Of a stretch of 64,000 bases of DNA, positions 12,616 to 24,466 are shown one piece after another. The translations under genes and the position numbers were made by a program. The stretch covers positions 930,001 through 994,000 of the forward strand of contig OX337239.1 in assembly GCA_946965045.2 (NCBI GenBank), read 5' to 3'. The notes beneath the pieces are model-generated. The model was not told where the DNA came from. It worked only from the letters and a program-made list of their open reading frames with translations, and made no database searches. Within the stretch, counting starts at the first letter, position 1; each line of letters starts with the position of its first letter. The DNA is from Epithemia pelagica. Its lineage: Eukaryota > Protista > Bacillariophyta.

Positions 12616-12891
12616 GGAGATGTTACGATGAGGGGTTGTCGGTGAAATTTGTGAGAAAAGACGGGAGAGGGTCGGCACTGAATTTCCCCTACTAAATTTC
12701 ACTAAATTTCACCCATCGAAAATCTGATACGAAGAATGACCGAAAAAATGGAGGTCGACGAGCGACCGAAGTCCACGATCGTGGAGGAGGATATGGACAT
12801 GGGTCATTGTCGGGTTCTCTCTTGCAACAATGGACCGTAATCTACTTCCGTGTCGCGCTTCTGACAATCATGATCCAGTTGGTCCGGCAGA

Positions 12892-14164
12892 ATGAAGATT
12901 GAATCAAGAAATGGTCGATATGTTGTCCTCGTGGTATCTTTCTTTATCATCATCATCATATCCTTTGGTGACATTTCTTCGCTTCGCAGGAAGGACGACA
13001 GTACTTTGAGGACCCATCACAAAGCTATTGCTGGGCAACCAATATCCAAGCATTCAGGATCTTCAGAAACAAAATTTTCGCAGGGGCAATGGCCTGTTGC
13101 TGAATGTCCATTTGACGCATCATGGAGGGACCAGCTTTTGTGGCTATTTTGGTGGTAAACAAAAAATGGGCCTCGAGACACTACCATATGCGTGCATGGC
13201 GATGACAGGAAAACAACTCGAAGAATTCCAAAACAGGAGCAATGCGACAGCACAAGACATGGCAATCTGGAAGCAAGAATCCGAAACGGTGCAACCATTC
13301 GACGTTCCTTGGGCCCATAACATGACTCAAGTCAATGTGGACTTTTTGTTGCAACAGGGGATGCAGTTCGTGTCACAAGAATTCCCATATGGCAGTACCA
13401 GAAACGGCATGCCTCGTCCTCTTAGTTCGACCCGATGGGAAGATCCCAGAATCGTCTCTGTCTTTATTATTCGGCATCCCTTAACGCGACTCGCAGCAGG
13501 AGATGGGTTTGCCAATCGATACTATGGAGATCCCAAGTCTCGAACCAAGGAGCAATGGTGGTCGTATGCCAAGCTCACGCGACCCGTTTGGAGCAACACG
13601 GATAACTTTATGTTGCACAAGTTGTGCAACCAGTCTACTGCATTACGAAGCGCACAGTCCTTGAACGAAACTTTATCACAAGATTACTGTTGTCACGGCC
13701 AAGACACGAGTCATCGTCATTTGGAAGCGGCCAAACAGCTGCTTCGACGATTCACCTATGTATTGGATATTGAATGTTTGGATGATGGTATGGATGCTTT
13801 GGCGGAAGAATTGGGTTTGATCTCCATTGAGCAACCCAACTCGTTCACGATTGAACAGATAACAAAGGGCGACAACACTCCCGAGACAACCAACTCTAGT
13901 AGCTCCGGAGCACCACCACCCAAAACGCTTTCTCCTCCACCAAAACGTCGCCCCCATCACAAGAAACAACTGGATCAAGTTCTCAAGTATCAGGACGTGT
14001 ACGAGTTTCTTCGTCGACGTAATCGTGTGGATATTGAACTGTATGAATGGGCCAAAACCTTGAGTCTGGTCCAGTGCCCTGCACCTTTCTCGTACGAATA
14101 CAACAAGACTGGAGATACCCAAGCCTCTGTGAATGCCAGCAACACCACCAATCAAACTCGTTGA
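12892..14164 (+). pseudogene. Golgi-type sulfotransferase-like gene (paralog B) with a 1-nt frameshift near 13040 (pseudogene or sequencing error)
   Basis: The TM anchor is in ORF 12892-13158; the catalytic part (HLTHHGGTSFC, IRHPLTRL, NRVDIELY) is in ORF 13028-14164; paralog B' has these parts in one frame (KAIDGEPTPSIKDVQKQNF). Confidence 0.6.
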
Positions 14165-14442
14165 TACTTTATGACTGAAGAAACACAACGCCCTAGAGCA
14201 ATTCTATTTCAAGCGTACAAGGTTGATGGGAAAGCTCTACAGTCTTGGTTCCATTGAGATTATGGCTTTCATAGCTGCTATTGGCCGTTATAATCAAAAC
14301 ACTATATCTATTAAAAATGTCGACCTTTGGCTTCGAGATGAACTAACGCATTAGTAAAGCTATGATTTGACTGTTTGATTAAAAGGCGCAACTCATTCTT
14401 TTCTTTCGCTACAAATCAAATGCAAACGACTCCTGGAAATAA

Positions 14443-15546
14443 TTAAAACAAGATCCATTTGGAGAGAGCTTGAAGCTTGCGAGTACCATGGTCCGTCCAC
14501 GTTTTGGCGCGACCCACAACAGGTGTAGTCGTCATCGTTGGAGCAACTGCATTCATGTTGGAACCGTTGCTATTGCTATCGCGACGGGCATGAATAGTGA
14601 TGGCACCATCCTTGAAGGAGACACTTTCAATACCATCCAAGAAAGCAGCCGGGTCACAATCATCGTCATCGTGATGATGGTGGTGGTGGTCATGATGGTC
14701 ATGGTCGTGATGATGGTGGCCATGATGGTCATGGTTGTGATGATGGTGACCGTGATGATCATGATGATCCTCGTACATGTCTTCAACGAGGTTCTGTTTC
14801 TGGTCGATGAAATCTTGAGGGTCAGCTTTACCCATGAACTGTCCACTTTGTAGGTTCACAATCAACTGGTGTGCGAAGCGCTGATTGGCCACATCTTGCC
14901 AGTACATCAAGAGCTCGGCCAAGAAGAGGGGACCATCCACATTCTTGACGGGATGAAGTGTGTCAAACTTGGTGGTAACCAAAGCGCTACTCTTCTCATC
15001 TTCTTCCTCATCAAACGACACGTGCAAATCGCCACTGGCAACAAAGTAACGACCCTTTCCACCTGGAAGACCACGGGCCGGAAAGCTCATGTCCATCTTG
15101 ATGGAATCATTCTCATCCATGGTCACAAAGGTATTGCCTCGCATAAAGTCGCTATGAGCAATAAGGCCATTCATTTCGTCAACCGTCACCGTAAGGTCTT
15201 CATCCGGAACCTGCCCCGCATGAATCATATCGGCGAACAACATGGCGCGATCCTTGACAATATTCAATTCTGCTTGGGGGATCTCATGAATGGGGAGATC
15301 CAACTTTTCCGTTACCGTGAAACGCACAACTTGATGGCGTGTCCACATGTAGGCGCCCGCTCCCACCATGGTCACAAGCAACAAGAACAAGGCTACAACT
15401 CCAAGGAGAATGTAACACACCAGGGCACAGCACGAACGGCGCTTCTTGTGCGGCACAGCGGCCGTCTTTTTCAAAGGGTACGGCACGACGTGAGCCTCAA
15501 CATCTTCGTCGTCCGCCAACTTGGTGTACTCCGTTTGACGACCCAT
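14443..15546 (-). CDS. Type II membrane protein of unknown function with a His/Asp-rich tract
   Basis: 367-aa ORF, single TM after RRSCC, tract EDHHDHHGHHHHNHDHHGHHHHDHDHHDHHHHHHDDDD. Confidence 0.75.
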   Translation of the reverse strand: MGRQTEYTKLADDEDVEAHVVPYPLKKTAAVPHKKRRSCCALVCYILLGVVALFLLLVTMVGAGAYMWTRHQVVRFTVTEKLDLPIHEIPQAELNIVKDRAMLFADMIHAGQVPDEDLTVTVDEMNGLIAHSDFMRGNTFVTMDENDSIKMDMSFPARGLPGGKGRYFVASGDLHVSFDEEEDEKSSALVTTKFDTLHPVKNVDGPLFLAELLMYWQDVANQRFAHQLIVNLQSGQFMGKADPQDFIDQKQNLVEDMYEDHHDHHGHHHHNHDHHGHHHHDHDHHDHHHHHHDDDDCDPAAFLDGIESVSFKDGAITIHARRDSNSNGSNMNAVAPTMTTTPVVGRAKTWTDHGTRKLQALSKWILF

Positions 15547-16438
15547 TTTATATTATATTGCTTCTGTTGTTGATATGATTTGTTTTCTTTGTCTATCCAG
15601 AAACTGTGTGTCGATGGAGCAGACTTTCAGTTCCTTTGATCCATTCCTCTTTGCTTGCGTTTGCGTTTTCGCTTTTCACTTCGCTGTGATGTCTCAGGGA
15701 TAAGTCGTGAGGCTGAGTCCGGTTCTCAAATCTCGGCCCGAAAGCATGTAAGCTGATGTACTGAAAGTACTATAGTGAGAAGGCGCGCGAACGTCTTCAC
15801 TACCCGAAATAGCGAGTAAAGAATGGATGCGAGCCCATGATGGTATCTTTCCTCGAACATCCAGAATCCAGAATCCAAGTCGTGACGGTGATCGACAGTG
15901 TTCCTATTCAATGATATCCCCATCGCCAACACATTTCGAACACAATAGCAACTTTACTTGAAGTACAATGTAAAATCAAGCAAGAGCGTCGGAGTGTAGA
16001 TACCAGAGCTACTTCGTCTATGCTCTCCCTATCATAAAGTGAGAACAATACGAGACCTAATGCTATCGAGGGCTATGAGAGAGAGTCTACAAGGGAACAA
16101 ATTGCAATAGTTTGTCGATTGTGTTTTCGAAAGGCTGTTTCGATGAACTGTATCCAATGTAGCCGCTGTCACTGAGGGGAAGGACTTCCAATGCAGTCCA
16201 ATATCCTCTAGCACCATCCTCGCGTTATACACAAGATGCAGGGCGACACTACTAGCTAGAGAGAGATCGAGAGAGAGAGGGAATGTCCGCGATCCAAATG
16301 TCCACAGGCATGGCCTTTTAATGTATGGTAGAGCACGTTGTGAATCAAAACCATTCTATGTCTTTCAAGCAATCTCCCATGCATTGATTCAGAGTAGATT
16401 GGTGTTGTTGGCAATACGTATCATGGCTCATGGTATCT

Positions 16439-17748
16439 TTAGTCATCCTTCTTTGGAGGACTAGTGGAAGAAGACAAGGCCCCCAAAGCCCGTAACCGTG
16501 CTTGACGAACCTCCTCTTCGTTATTCCGTGTTCCTTGTGGTCGAGTCGGGATGTCGGGTGGAACCAGCCGATGGTCCTTCTTCGTGTCCTTTTTCAGCGT
16601 TCGTCCATGCCAACGTGACAATACAAGGTATACCACTATACCGACACACAGACCCATCCAATGACCCCAGTGAATGGCCATTCGTGTTTGACTAGGAGGG
16701 TCACCCGTCAACATGGAATCATTTCCCTCGGCAGAGGCTGACCTGTCGCCGTTTTGTTGTTGTTGATGAGTGTCGTCGAGTGTGGATTCAGGGCTGGATA
16801 CGGTCGCTTCCGTGTCTTGTTTTTCTGCTTCATATTCCACGTACCGTCCCAATCCCCAAAACAAGACGAACAATCGAACACGGAGATAAGTGTGCGAAGC
16901 TGGCCGACCTGTAATGATGAGTGCCCAGAGGGCAAAGGACATGGCCGAAAATCCCATCCCGTAGCGTTGCTTCCAAAAGTCTCGCATGGTATCTTCGCCG
17001 TAGGAACCAAACACTCGGTAGGCCACATCTCGTACGAGAGAGGATGTCACCGGGGAACTGACAACGTACAAGAGACTGACTTGTCCCAGAATCAACAGCA
17101 TCCAGCTCAAGATCAAGGCCTTGGCCAACCAGATACTGCCGTGTTGATATTCTAAATACAACGAGGCTCCTCCCCCATACACGAGGTTTCCACGGAAATG
17201 CTGTGGTGTGACATGAAGAAAGGTCGCGGCCATGCGGAACCAAACAATGCCATCGTCCGCCAACGATTCTACCGTGATATGGTCCCGTTGTTCCACTAAT
17301 CGCCATTTGGCCTCCGGGTTTTCCCTCCAACGAAGCAACAGATGGGTCAGTTGGAGAGGTCCTTGTGGGCCCCACAAGAGCCATGGTAGCACGATCAGGG
17401 AAATGACCACGAAGGAAACACGAGGAAAACGGCGATTTGCAACAAAATTCTTGACAAGAATCAAGGGAGGGATGTCATGCCGGGAAGAGTGACCGTCGCT
17501 GCCATTACCAACAATACAAAAAGATAAATGGGATGCGTCGCAACCACGGCATCCAACACCACATCTTCGGGAAACTGAAGCAATCTTCCAATCCCTTCAA
17601 AAATTGGCGATACAATCTGATCCAGAGCACGCAACAACGGTTGTAGCGTCATTCTGGTATCATTATAGTTGCCATGATCACCTTCTGGACCAGTTTGAAA
17701 GTGGTCTGTCGTCATGGTGATGGTCGTTTCACCCGAAGAACAAAACAA
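16439..17748 (-). CDS. Rhomboid-like intramembrane protease; 5' exon structure uncertain
   Basis: Multiple TMs, GMGFSA (GxS catalytic motif) and AIHWGHWMG (catalytic His); two abutting ORFs (17461-17748 and 16439-17464) imply a short intron or frameshift. Confidence 0.6.
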
Positions 17749-18269
17749 GTGGGCGACAAAGATTTCTAAGATATTTCATTCCTGTTTGTTCGTGTATGAA
17801 TGGAATACTACCCCGCTCTCGTTGAATTAAAGATTCTATTGATATGGTATGTGTATATTATTGAAATCCTATGGGGGGTGTAATATCACATCACTGTTGC
17901 ACAAAGTGTACATGCGACATTACATCATTGTCCTCAATAATTGCCCTTGTACCAACTTCCAAGGAAGTTTGGCAGTACAAAGTACAACCTCTTTGTGGGA
18001 ATTTTGTCGTCAAAACATCCGAGAATCTTGGAGGTCCGACCTCTACCTTTGGCCTCTTTTTTCCATCACGCGCATCTTTTAACCACCTCATTCATTTTTT
18101 GACGTGCAAGACAAGGACGAGGATCAAGCATATCTTTTTGGCGTTGTTGCTTCTTCTTTGTTCAACAAAGTCACTTTTCGTTGTTGCCAACAAGAAGAAT
18201 CCTTGAGGAGGTCATTGTTTCCTTTGTAATTTTCGCATAACACCAGTCTTTGAAATCTCTATTTAAATC

Positions 18270-19500
18270 ATGTTTGGTCGCAAGAAGGCTCCTGTCAAGT
18301 GCGCCGTCAATGGATTCGGTCGAATTGGTCGTTTGGTCTTTCGCTATGCCTGGGAAGATCCCGATCTGGAAATTGTTCATGTCAATGACTTGTGCAGTTG
18401 CGATTCGGCTGCCTATTTGATCAAGTACGATTCTGTTCATGGAACGTGGGACAAGACGGTGGAAGCAGCCGAAGATGGCAAGTCGTTTTCGGTCGACGAC
18501 AAGACGGTGACCTTTTCGCAACACCCCAACTTTACCGACGTGGACTTTGCCAGTATGGGTGTCGAATTGGTCATGGAATGTACGGGCAAATTCCTCAAGG
18601 TGGCCACGTTGAAACCGTACTTGGAAAAGTGTGGCATCAAACAAGTGGTCGTAAGTGCCCCCGTCAAGGAAGAAGGGGCCTTGAATGTGGTCTTGGGGTG
18701 CAACCATACCAAATTGTCCAACGAGACCACTTTGGTCACCAATGCCTCGTGTACCACCAATTGCTTGGCTCCAATTGTCAAGGTTATTCAAGAAAATTTT
18801 GGCATTGTACATGGCTGTATCACCACCATTCATGATGTAACAGGGTAAGTGACAAGGTCTTCAATAGACGTGTCGTTGACAACTATTTTGCAATGTAACT
18901 CACAGCCCTGCATCTTCTTTCCCTGCATCTTCTTTCCCTGCATCTTCTTTCCCTGCTTTGATGCCGTTTTGAAATACTGTCCTTGATTCGCAACACAGTA
19001 CACAAACTATTGTGGACATGCCCAACACGAAAAAGTCGGATTTGCGTCGCGCCCGAAGTGGTATGGTCAATCTCTGTCCCACATCGACCGGTTCGGCCAC
19101 GGCGATTGTCGAAATTTATCCTGAACTCAAGGGAAAGCTCAATGGATTGGCCGTCCGTGTCCCCTTGTTGAATGCTAGTTTGACGGACTGCGTCTTTGAA
19201 GTGTCCAAACCCGTCACCAAGGAAGAAGTGAACGCCGCCTTGGAAAAGGCCAGCAAGGAAGGTCCTCTCGCCGGTATTTTGGGATACGAAACCAAGCCCC
19301 TCGTTAGTACCGATTATACCAACGACACTCGTTCCTCCATTGTGGATGCCTTGTCGACGCAAGTCATTGATGGCACCATGGTCAAGATCTACGCCTGGTA
19401 CGACAATGAAGCTGGATATTCGAAGCGCATGGCTGAACTTTGTAACATTGTCGCTGCCATGAACATTAGCAACACGGAACCTGCATTTCAATACAAGTAA
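18270..19500 (+). CDS. gap3: NAD-dependent GAPDH of the Gap3/ArsJ-associated bacterial subtype, two exons, no targeting peptide
   Basis: VNGFGRIGR and ASCTTNC; splicing out the GT..AG intron 18845-18998 gives [54 protein letters not shown]. Confidence 0.85.
18905..18956 (+). repeat. 15-bp tandem repeat (CCCTGCATCTTCTTT, about 3.4 copies) inside the GAPDH intron
   Basis: Read directly from the sequence. Confidence 0.9.
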
Positions 19501-20118
19501 TCAAAAAGTTTGAGGAGATGGACATGTGAACCAAATATCAACCGAACGATAGCGGATTCGTAATTGTTATGCACGACGAAACGGTAAATGACCAAAACAA
19601 GACAATTTTTATTCAACTAAACAACTGTAGAAGCGAGCTAGTAAGTATTTGTTTTTTAAGGAGGAAACTTTGATAAAAGGGAGAACCCGTCGGCCATATT
19701 CCTAGTATATTTGTTGCGTTGCTGGTAGGGGGTGGAAAAGGTAGCAACAAGACGGTACATGCCTAGAAATCAACAGTGCCATCCATGCAATCCTATCGTA
19801 TAAGCACTCAGTGACAATAAATTCATCGTGATAAGATTCAAAAGTGTGCATGGGAGGAGAAGCCTTCAAATTGAACAATCGCATGAAAGTCTAAACATCA
19901 TTTTATGGTTTAAATGTAATAGCAACGTGCAGGGTCATTCATGTGTCAACAAGGAAAAAGAATAGGTGCAAATGAAATAGCGTTCATGACCGACAGGATT
20001 TATCGACAGTTGTGTCGCTCATGCTTTGTTCCACGCGCCCACAAGAGTGGTGCAACGTGGAAATGAAAGTACAATAGATGGAAATATGGAACAGGAAGAA
20101 AATATCGTCTGGGTTCCA

Positions 20119-22017
20119 TCATGGTCGATCACATATTGTTTGACCATTCTCATCGGGCAGGGTAATGTACTGTCCCATGGCTGCCCACCCAGCCACTGTC
20201 ACAATGGAAAGCACATAGTTTGGCAAATAGGCCGTAGCCACTGTGGCCGCTGTATTGGCCGAAACCACATGTGGGTTGGATTTGAGAACGACAATGACAA
20301 CCAACGCCGCCGGTACTGAGGCAATAATAATGAGAACCAGCTTGGCCAAATTGGGAAAGCCGGACAGCATCCGTCCACCCAAGGTACAATCAAAAGCCAA
20401 AATGAAACCAACAACTACGGCCGGTGTGAGAATCAAACTAGAAAGATTGAACCATACATTGAAGCGATGCATCTCGGGAGTGGAAAGCGGAACGGCAGTT
20501 TGTAACCACCGAAGCGAACTGCTGAGACGAGTCAAAGACCTTCCCATTTCGGCCAAGCGCCGTGAAGAAATCCGCCAACGTCGTCGGTGACGATGGAACG
20601 GGCCAAAGTTTGGATCGGTCATGGCAGGATTCTCATGGTCGGAATGCGATGGTTGATCACGTAGGGGGTCCGAAGAATTGTCCGTGGATCCATGCGAATG
20701 GGCTTCGACAAGTGCATCAGCTTCTTCTTGCAAATCAACGTTGGCTCCATCGTGGAAATCTGCCTCTTTCTGGAATTCTTTTTCATGTTGATTCAACGGA
20801 TCAGTGGTTGACTCCGAATCCGAATTTTGCTCGCCGGTAGGTGGACCTGGAACAAGACTAGCCGCAGTGACAATGGTACTGAGAGGAATCGTGGCAGAGC
20901 CAAGAGTTTCCAAAGCCGAACCGGCAAATCTCAGGGCCCCACCGTTTTCAAACAAGGCCTTTTGAAGAGGAGGGATACAAGCAGTGATAAAGCCCAGGAC
21001 CATGACCACGAATCCTGGTGAGGTGGCTGTCTGAATCAGTGAAGTACCAAGACGGGAACACCATTTGGGCAGATGCATATTTAACCACCCGCTTCTCGTT
21101 GATTCGAACGATTTTAATGGCGGTGCTTGTTCCTGATCCACTTGTGACAAGGGTTCGAGTTCTGATTCCCCTTGGTCAGTGGTGTTGTCCTCTTGTTCAT
21201 GGGCCAAAGATTCTGAGACTTCGTCGGTGGAAGTCTTCCTTGCGGCCTCCAAAAGCTCCGCATTCCCCAGAGTCCAAAAGGCTAAATTCCAACTAAAGAA
21301 ACAACAAAAGACCATTGTGGCGGATTGTGCCTCGCATTGTCGTTGCAACCAAACGTCATCGCTGCCCCGATCTTCCACAAGGTCCATGGACTGGTCGTAC
21401 AAAATATATCCTTTGTACACGTCGGGATATTCGCACAAGGCCGGAAAAATTAAAATGGGCAGAGCCACAATATTGGGAAAGGTTGCCGCAATTCGCAAAG
21501 CCTTGAAATTCGCCACCAATTCGGCCAAGGGTCGCTCATTTCTCGTGTGGTTTCGGGCAAAGGTGGAGGGAAGCAAGGCGTATCGCATCAAAGTGGCAAC
21601 CCCATAACTCACCAACATGACCACAAAGCATCCAACCACCACAAACCAGTACGATCCTAGTGTTTCAATTGTCACAGCAATGGATATGGTGCTGTAGATG
21701 AGTGGCAAAGTAAAGGCATGGAAGGTGAAGCGTGCCAAGGTATCGACAAATTCTCGTGACATGAGTGGTGCTTTGCGCGGATCTACAAAGTAAAATAGGA
21801 AAGAACAAAGGTTAGAACGTTTTTGCGGCGTCAGTACGGTCCCCGATCAACCTTTCCGTCAAGAAGGAATTCGACACAGGGGCATACAAGTTCCGAACGA
21901 AGTTTGTCAAGAGGACGTACATATGACAGAAAGGTACCCTGCCGCACCAATCAGGTACACCTTGGCCACCGCTTGGGCGGAGGATGCAATAATGGATCCA
22001 GTAACACTATTCGTCAT
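20119..22017 (-). CDS. Auxin efflux carrier/PILS-like (Mem_trans) transporter, two exons
   Basis: Exon 1 MTNSVTGSIIASSAQAVAKVYLIGAAGY; exon 2 FPNIVALP, LGFITACIPPL, LETLGSATIPL and a long central acidic loop; intron about 21783-21919. Confidence 0.8.
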
Positions 22018-22452
22018 CCTATGGTTGCCCTGATGAGCAAGTTGTTGTTGTTCTTCTTCTTGTGTTGTTGCAGTAATAGATTCAAAAGTTCCCTGGCAGC
22101 GAAAAGAAAGATATGCGAGTTGAATCAAAGAAGTGTTCCATGTTATTGCGTGTTTATTTTTGACACGTATGTTTTCTGTAAACGGGGGGTGGTGGAGGTG
22201 GAAGGACGCGACAAATTTTTTTGTGGTAGCCCTCCGTAGACTCGCCTGGCGTTGTACTTTGGAAGCAAGTGTGCGCTCGCGCCAATCCATGGGGACTACG
22301 GGTCGCCTTTATAGCGGACGCACGAAAGCTGGGGGACGGACGGACGAATGGTCAGAAACAATCAAAGCCCGGAAGCAAATCGCTGATTTTCATCACATTT
22401 TTTTTGGGATACCAAGAACCAACAAGGAAACCATTGGTCCAAACAAATACCA

Positions 22453-23679
22453 TTGCAACAGTACAACAAACAAATGAAAGAAATGTTTCGGATCCCATCA
22501 TTCACTTCAATGACAATCCAGAAGAGAAAGAATGACTCTCTCGCGTTATATTTTCTGGTGGTTGTACTTGTATTTCAATCGATGCTTTGCGCATTCTTTG
22601 GTATCACAAGTTGGCCGGACTGTCAATCTAATAATGGGGAAGAGCTCTCTCCCAGACTCTTACAAAAACTCTCGAATCAGATGATTGTCAACAACAAAGA
22701 GCTTCGAGGGAACATTTCGCCATTGACCAAAGAAAAGGTATCTCCTGTACCGAAACCAACCAACCTGCATCATCATCAAGACGGACTCTCGTCGCAGGCG
22801 CTCAACACCTGGTGCCCAACTGCGCAATGCCAGGTCACAGATTTGTGCCATCCATGTCGACATCGTTATGTGGTGATTGTTGCCACTGGACGATCGGGAA
22901 GTTCCACCCTGCAACGAATGCTAGAAAGTCTGCCCGGTATACGCATGAGTGGGGAAAACAATGGTATGCTCACCCATTTTCAACATGCGGTCCATGCCAC
23001 CACGGCCAGTAAAGAATGGCACAAGGGAATTCTGTCGCACAGGCATCCGTGGAACCATCTGGACTATCCCTCCTCGGCGTTTGCCTGCGTCACGCAACAA
23101 ATGATTGAAACCATCAATCCACCTCCCAATGTCAATGGCTCGCATGTGGATCCACAGAGTGATCGTGAAACGATTGTCGGCTTCAAAACAATACGATTCC
23201 CAGAGGAAAGATCGAAAGAAGGGAATGATGCCCATGGTACGACTACGAGTCGAGAACGCGCCACGGACCGCATATTCCAGGCCGCTCAGTTCTTGAACGA
23301 GACACTGCCCTGTTCCAAAATTATTGTAAACATTCGCTCGGACACCCCATTGCAAGCCGCATCGATGCTCAAGGCTTTTGGGAAACATGAAACATGGTTG
23401 AGGGAAAGTTCTTTGGATCACGTCGTCAACGTAATGAACTCACGAAATCATGACTTGATGGACTTGGCAGATTGGTTGGGTCCCAATCGAGCTCGTATCA
23501 TGGACAGTTCACAATGGACTAGTAATATCTCGCTCATCAACGAGCTAGTGTCGTGGATGGGCTTTGAAGATGCCTGTCATTTTGATCGGTTATTTGAATA
23601 CAACACCAATCATGTTTATGGGCATGGAGACGAGACGAGTCGACGAAATCCCAGTGGCTGTTTGAAACTACCACCGTAA
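22453..23679 (+). CDS. Type II membrane P-loop sulfotransferase-like protein (paralog A')
   Basis: TM, WCPTAQC..LCHPC, ATGRSGSSTL, RMSGENNG and VGFKTIRF; homologous to 11290-12615. Confidence 0.72.
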   Translation: MQQYNKQMKEMFRIPSFTSMTIQKRKNDSLALYFLVVVLVFQSMLCAFFGITSWPDCQSNNGEELSPRLLQKLSNQMIVNNKELRGNISPLTKEKVSPVPKPTNLHHHQDGLSSQALNTWCPTAQCQVTDLCHPCRHRYVVIVATGRSGSSTLQRMLESLPGIRMSGENNGMLTHFQHAVHATTASKEWHKGILSHRHPWNHLDYPSSAFACVTQQMIETINPPPNVNGSHVDPQSDRETIVGFKTIRFPEERSKEGNDAHGTTTSRERATDRIFQAAQFLNETLPCSKIIVNIRSDTPLQAASMLKAFGKHETWLRESSLDHVVNVMNSRNHDLMDLADWLGPNRARIMDSSQWTSNISLINELVSWMGFEDACHFDRLFEYNTNHVYGHGDETSRRNPSGCLKLPP

Positions 23680-24466
23680 ACCCTTCTCATGGTATTGCGA
23701 GAAATCCACAGTGAGAACCATGTCGGTGAGCGAGTAGAGCCATTGCAGTTCAGTTCGTACTGCAGTCAGTACAATGATGGACAAGAACATGTTGGCTTTG
23801 TCGCTTTTACTACGAGATGAGGAGGAGCGCCGATGCAAAGGGATTGGAATCGTACTCAACACAGTCAGCGAATAATTACCTGTATTATGTATATGGCGTC
23901 CTCCGTCTCAGTGACGTTCCTTGACTTGACGCAAAGCCAACAGGTTGACGTGCTGGACCAATATCGTGCTGGACCAATATGGCGACTGCATATAGAGAAG
24001 GAGACATTTTGAATAAAAACATGTTTTCTTTTCAAGTGAGAACCATGGCAACGAAATGACTATGAATGATGATGCGTAGGCTCCCGCTGTGTCGTCCATC
24101 ATCTTTTCAGTGAGAAAATACTGACCAATAAACAAACATACAAGGAATTGTCGTAGGTAGCGGCTTCATTGTTGACTTTAGTAATTGTTGGTTCGGTCCA
24201 AGGGACCTCCAAAGGCTTGCATGACCATGGATTTCATGAGTTTTCGACTCGACTCGACTCGTAAAGCTCTGTCCGACGTTCTTAAAGCGACGGCTACCAT
24301 GAACGTTTCCACGCCCCTATTTGCGAAAACAGTGCATGAATTTGTTTCTACAAACGGCTCGAATCTAGTTAGGCAGCATTTGAAATGAATGTTAGTTTTC
24401 TGCACAAGCATGTATGACATGAGGACACGACTATACGTTCAAGGAAGGCAAAACAACAGAGTCGAA

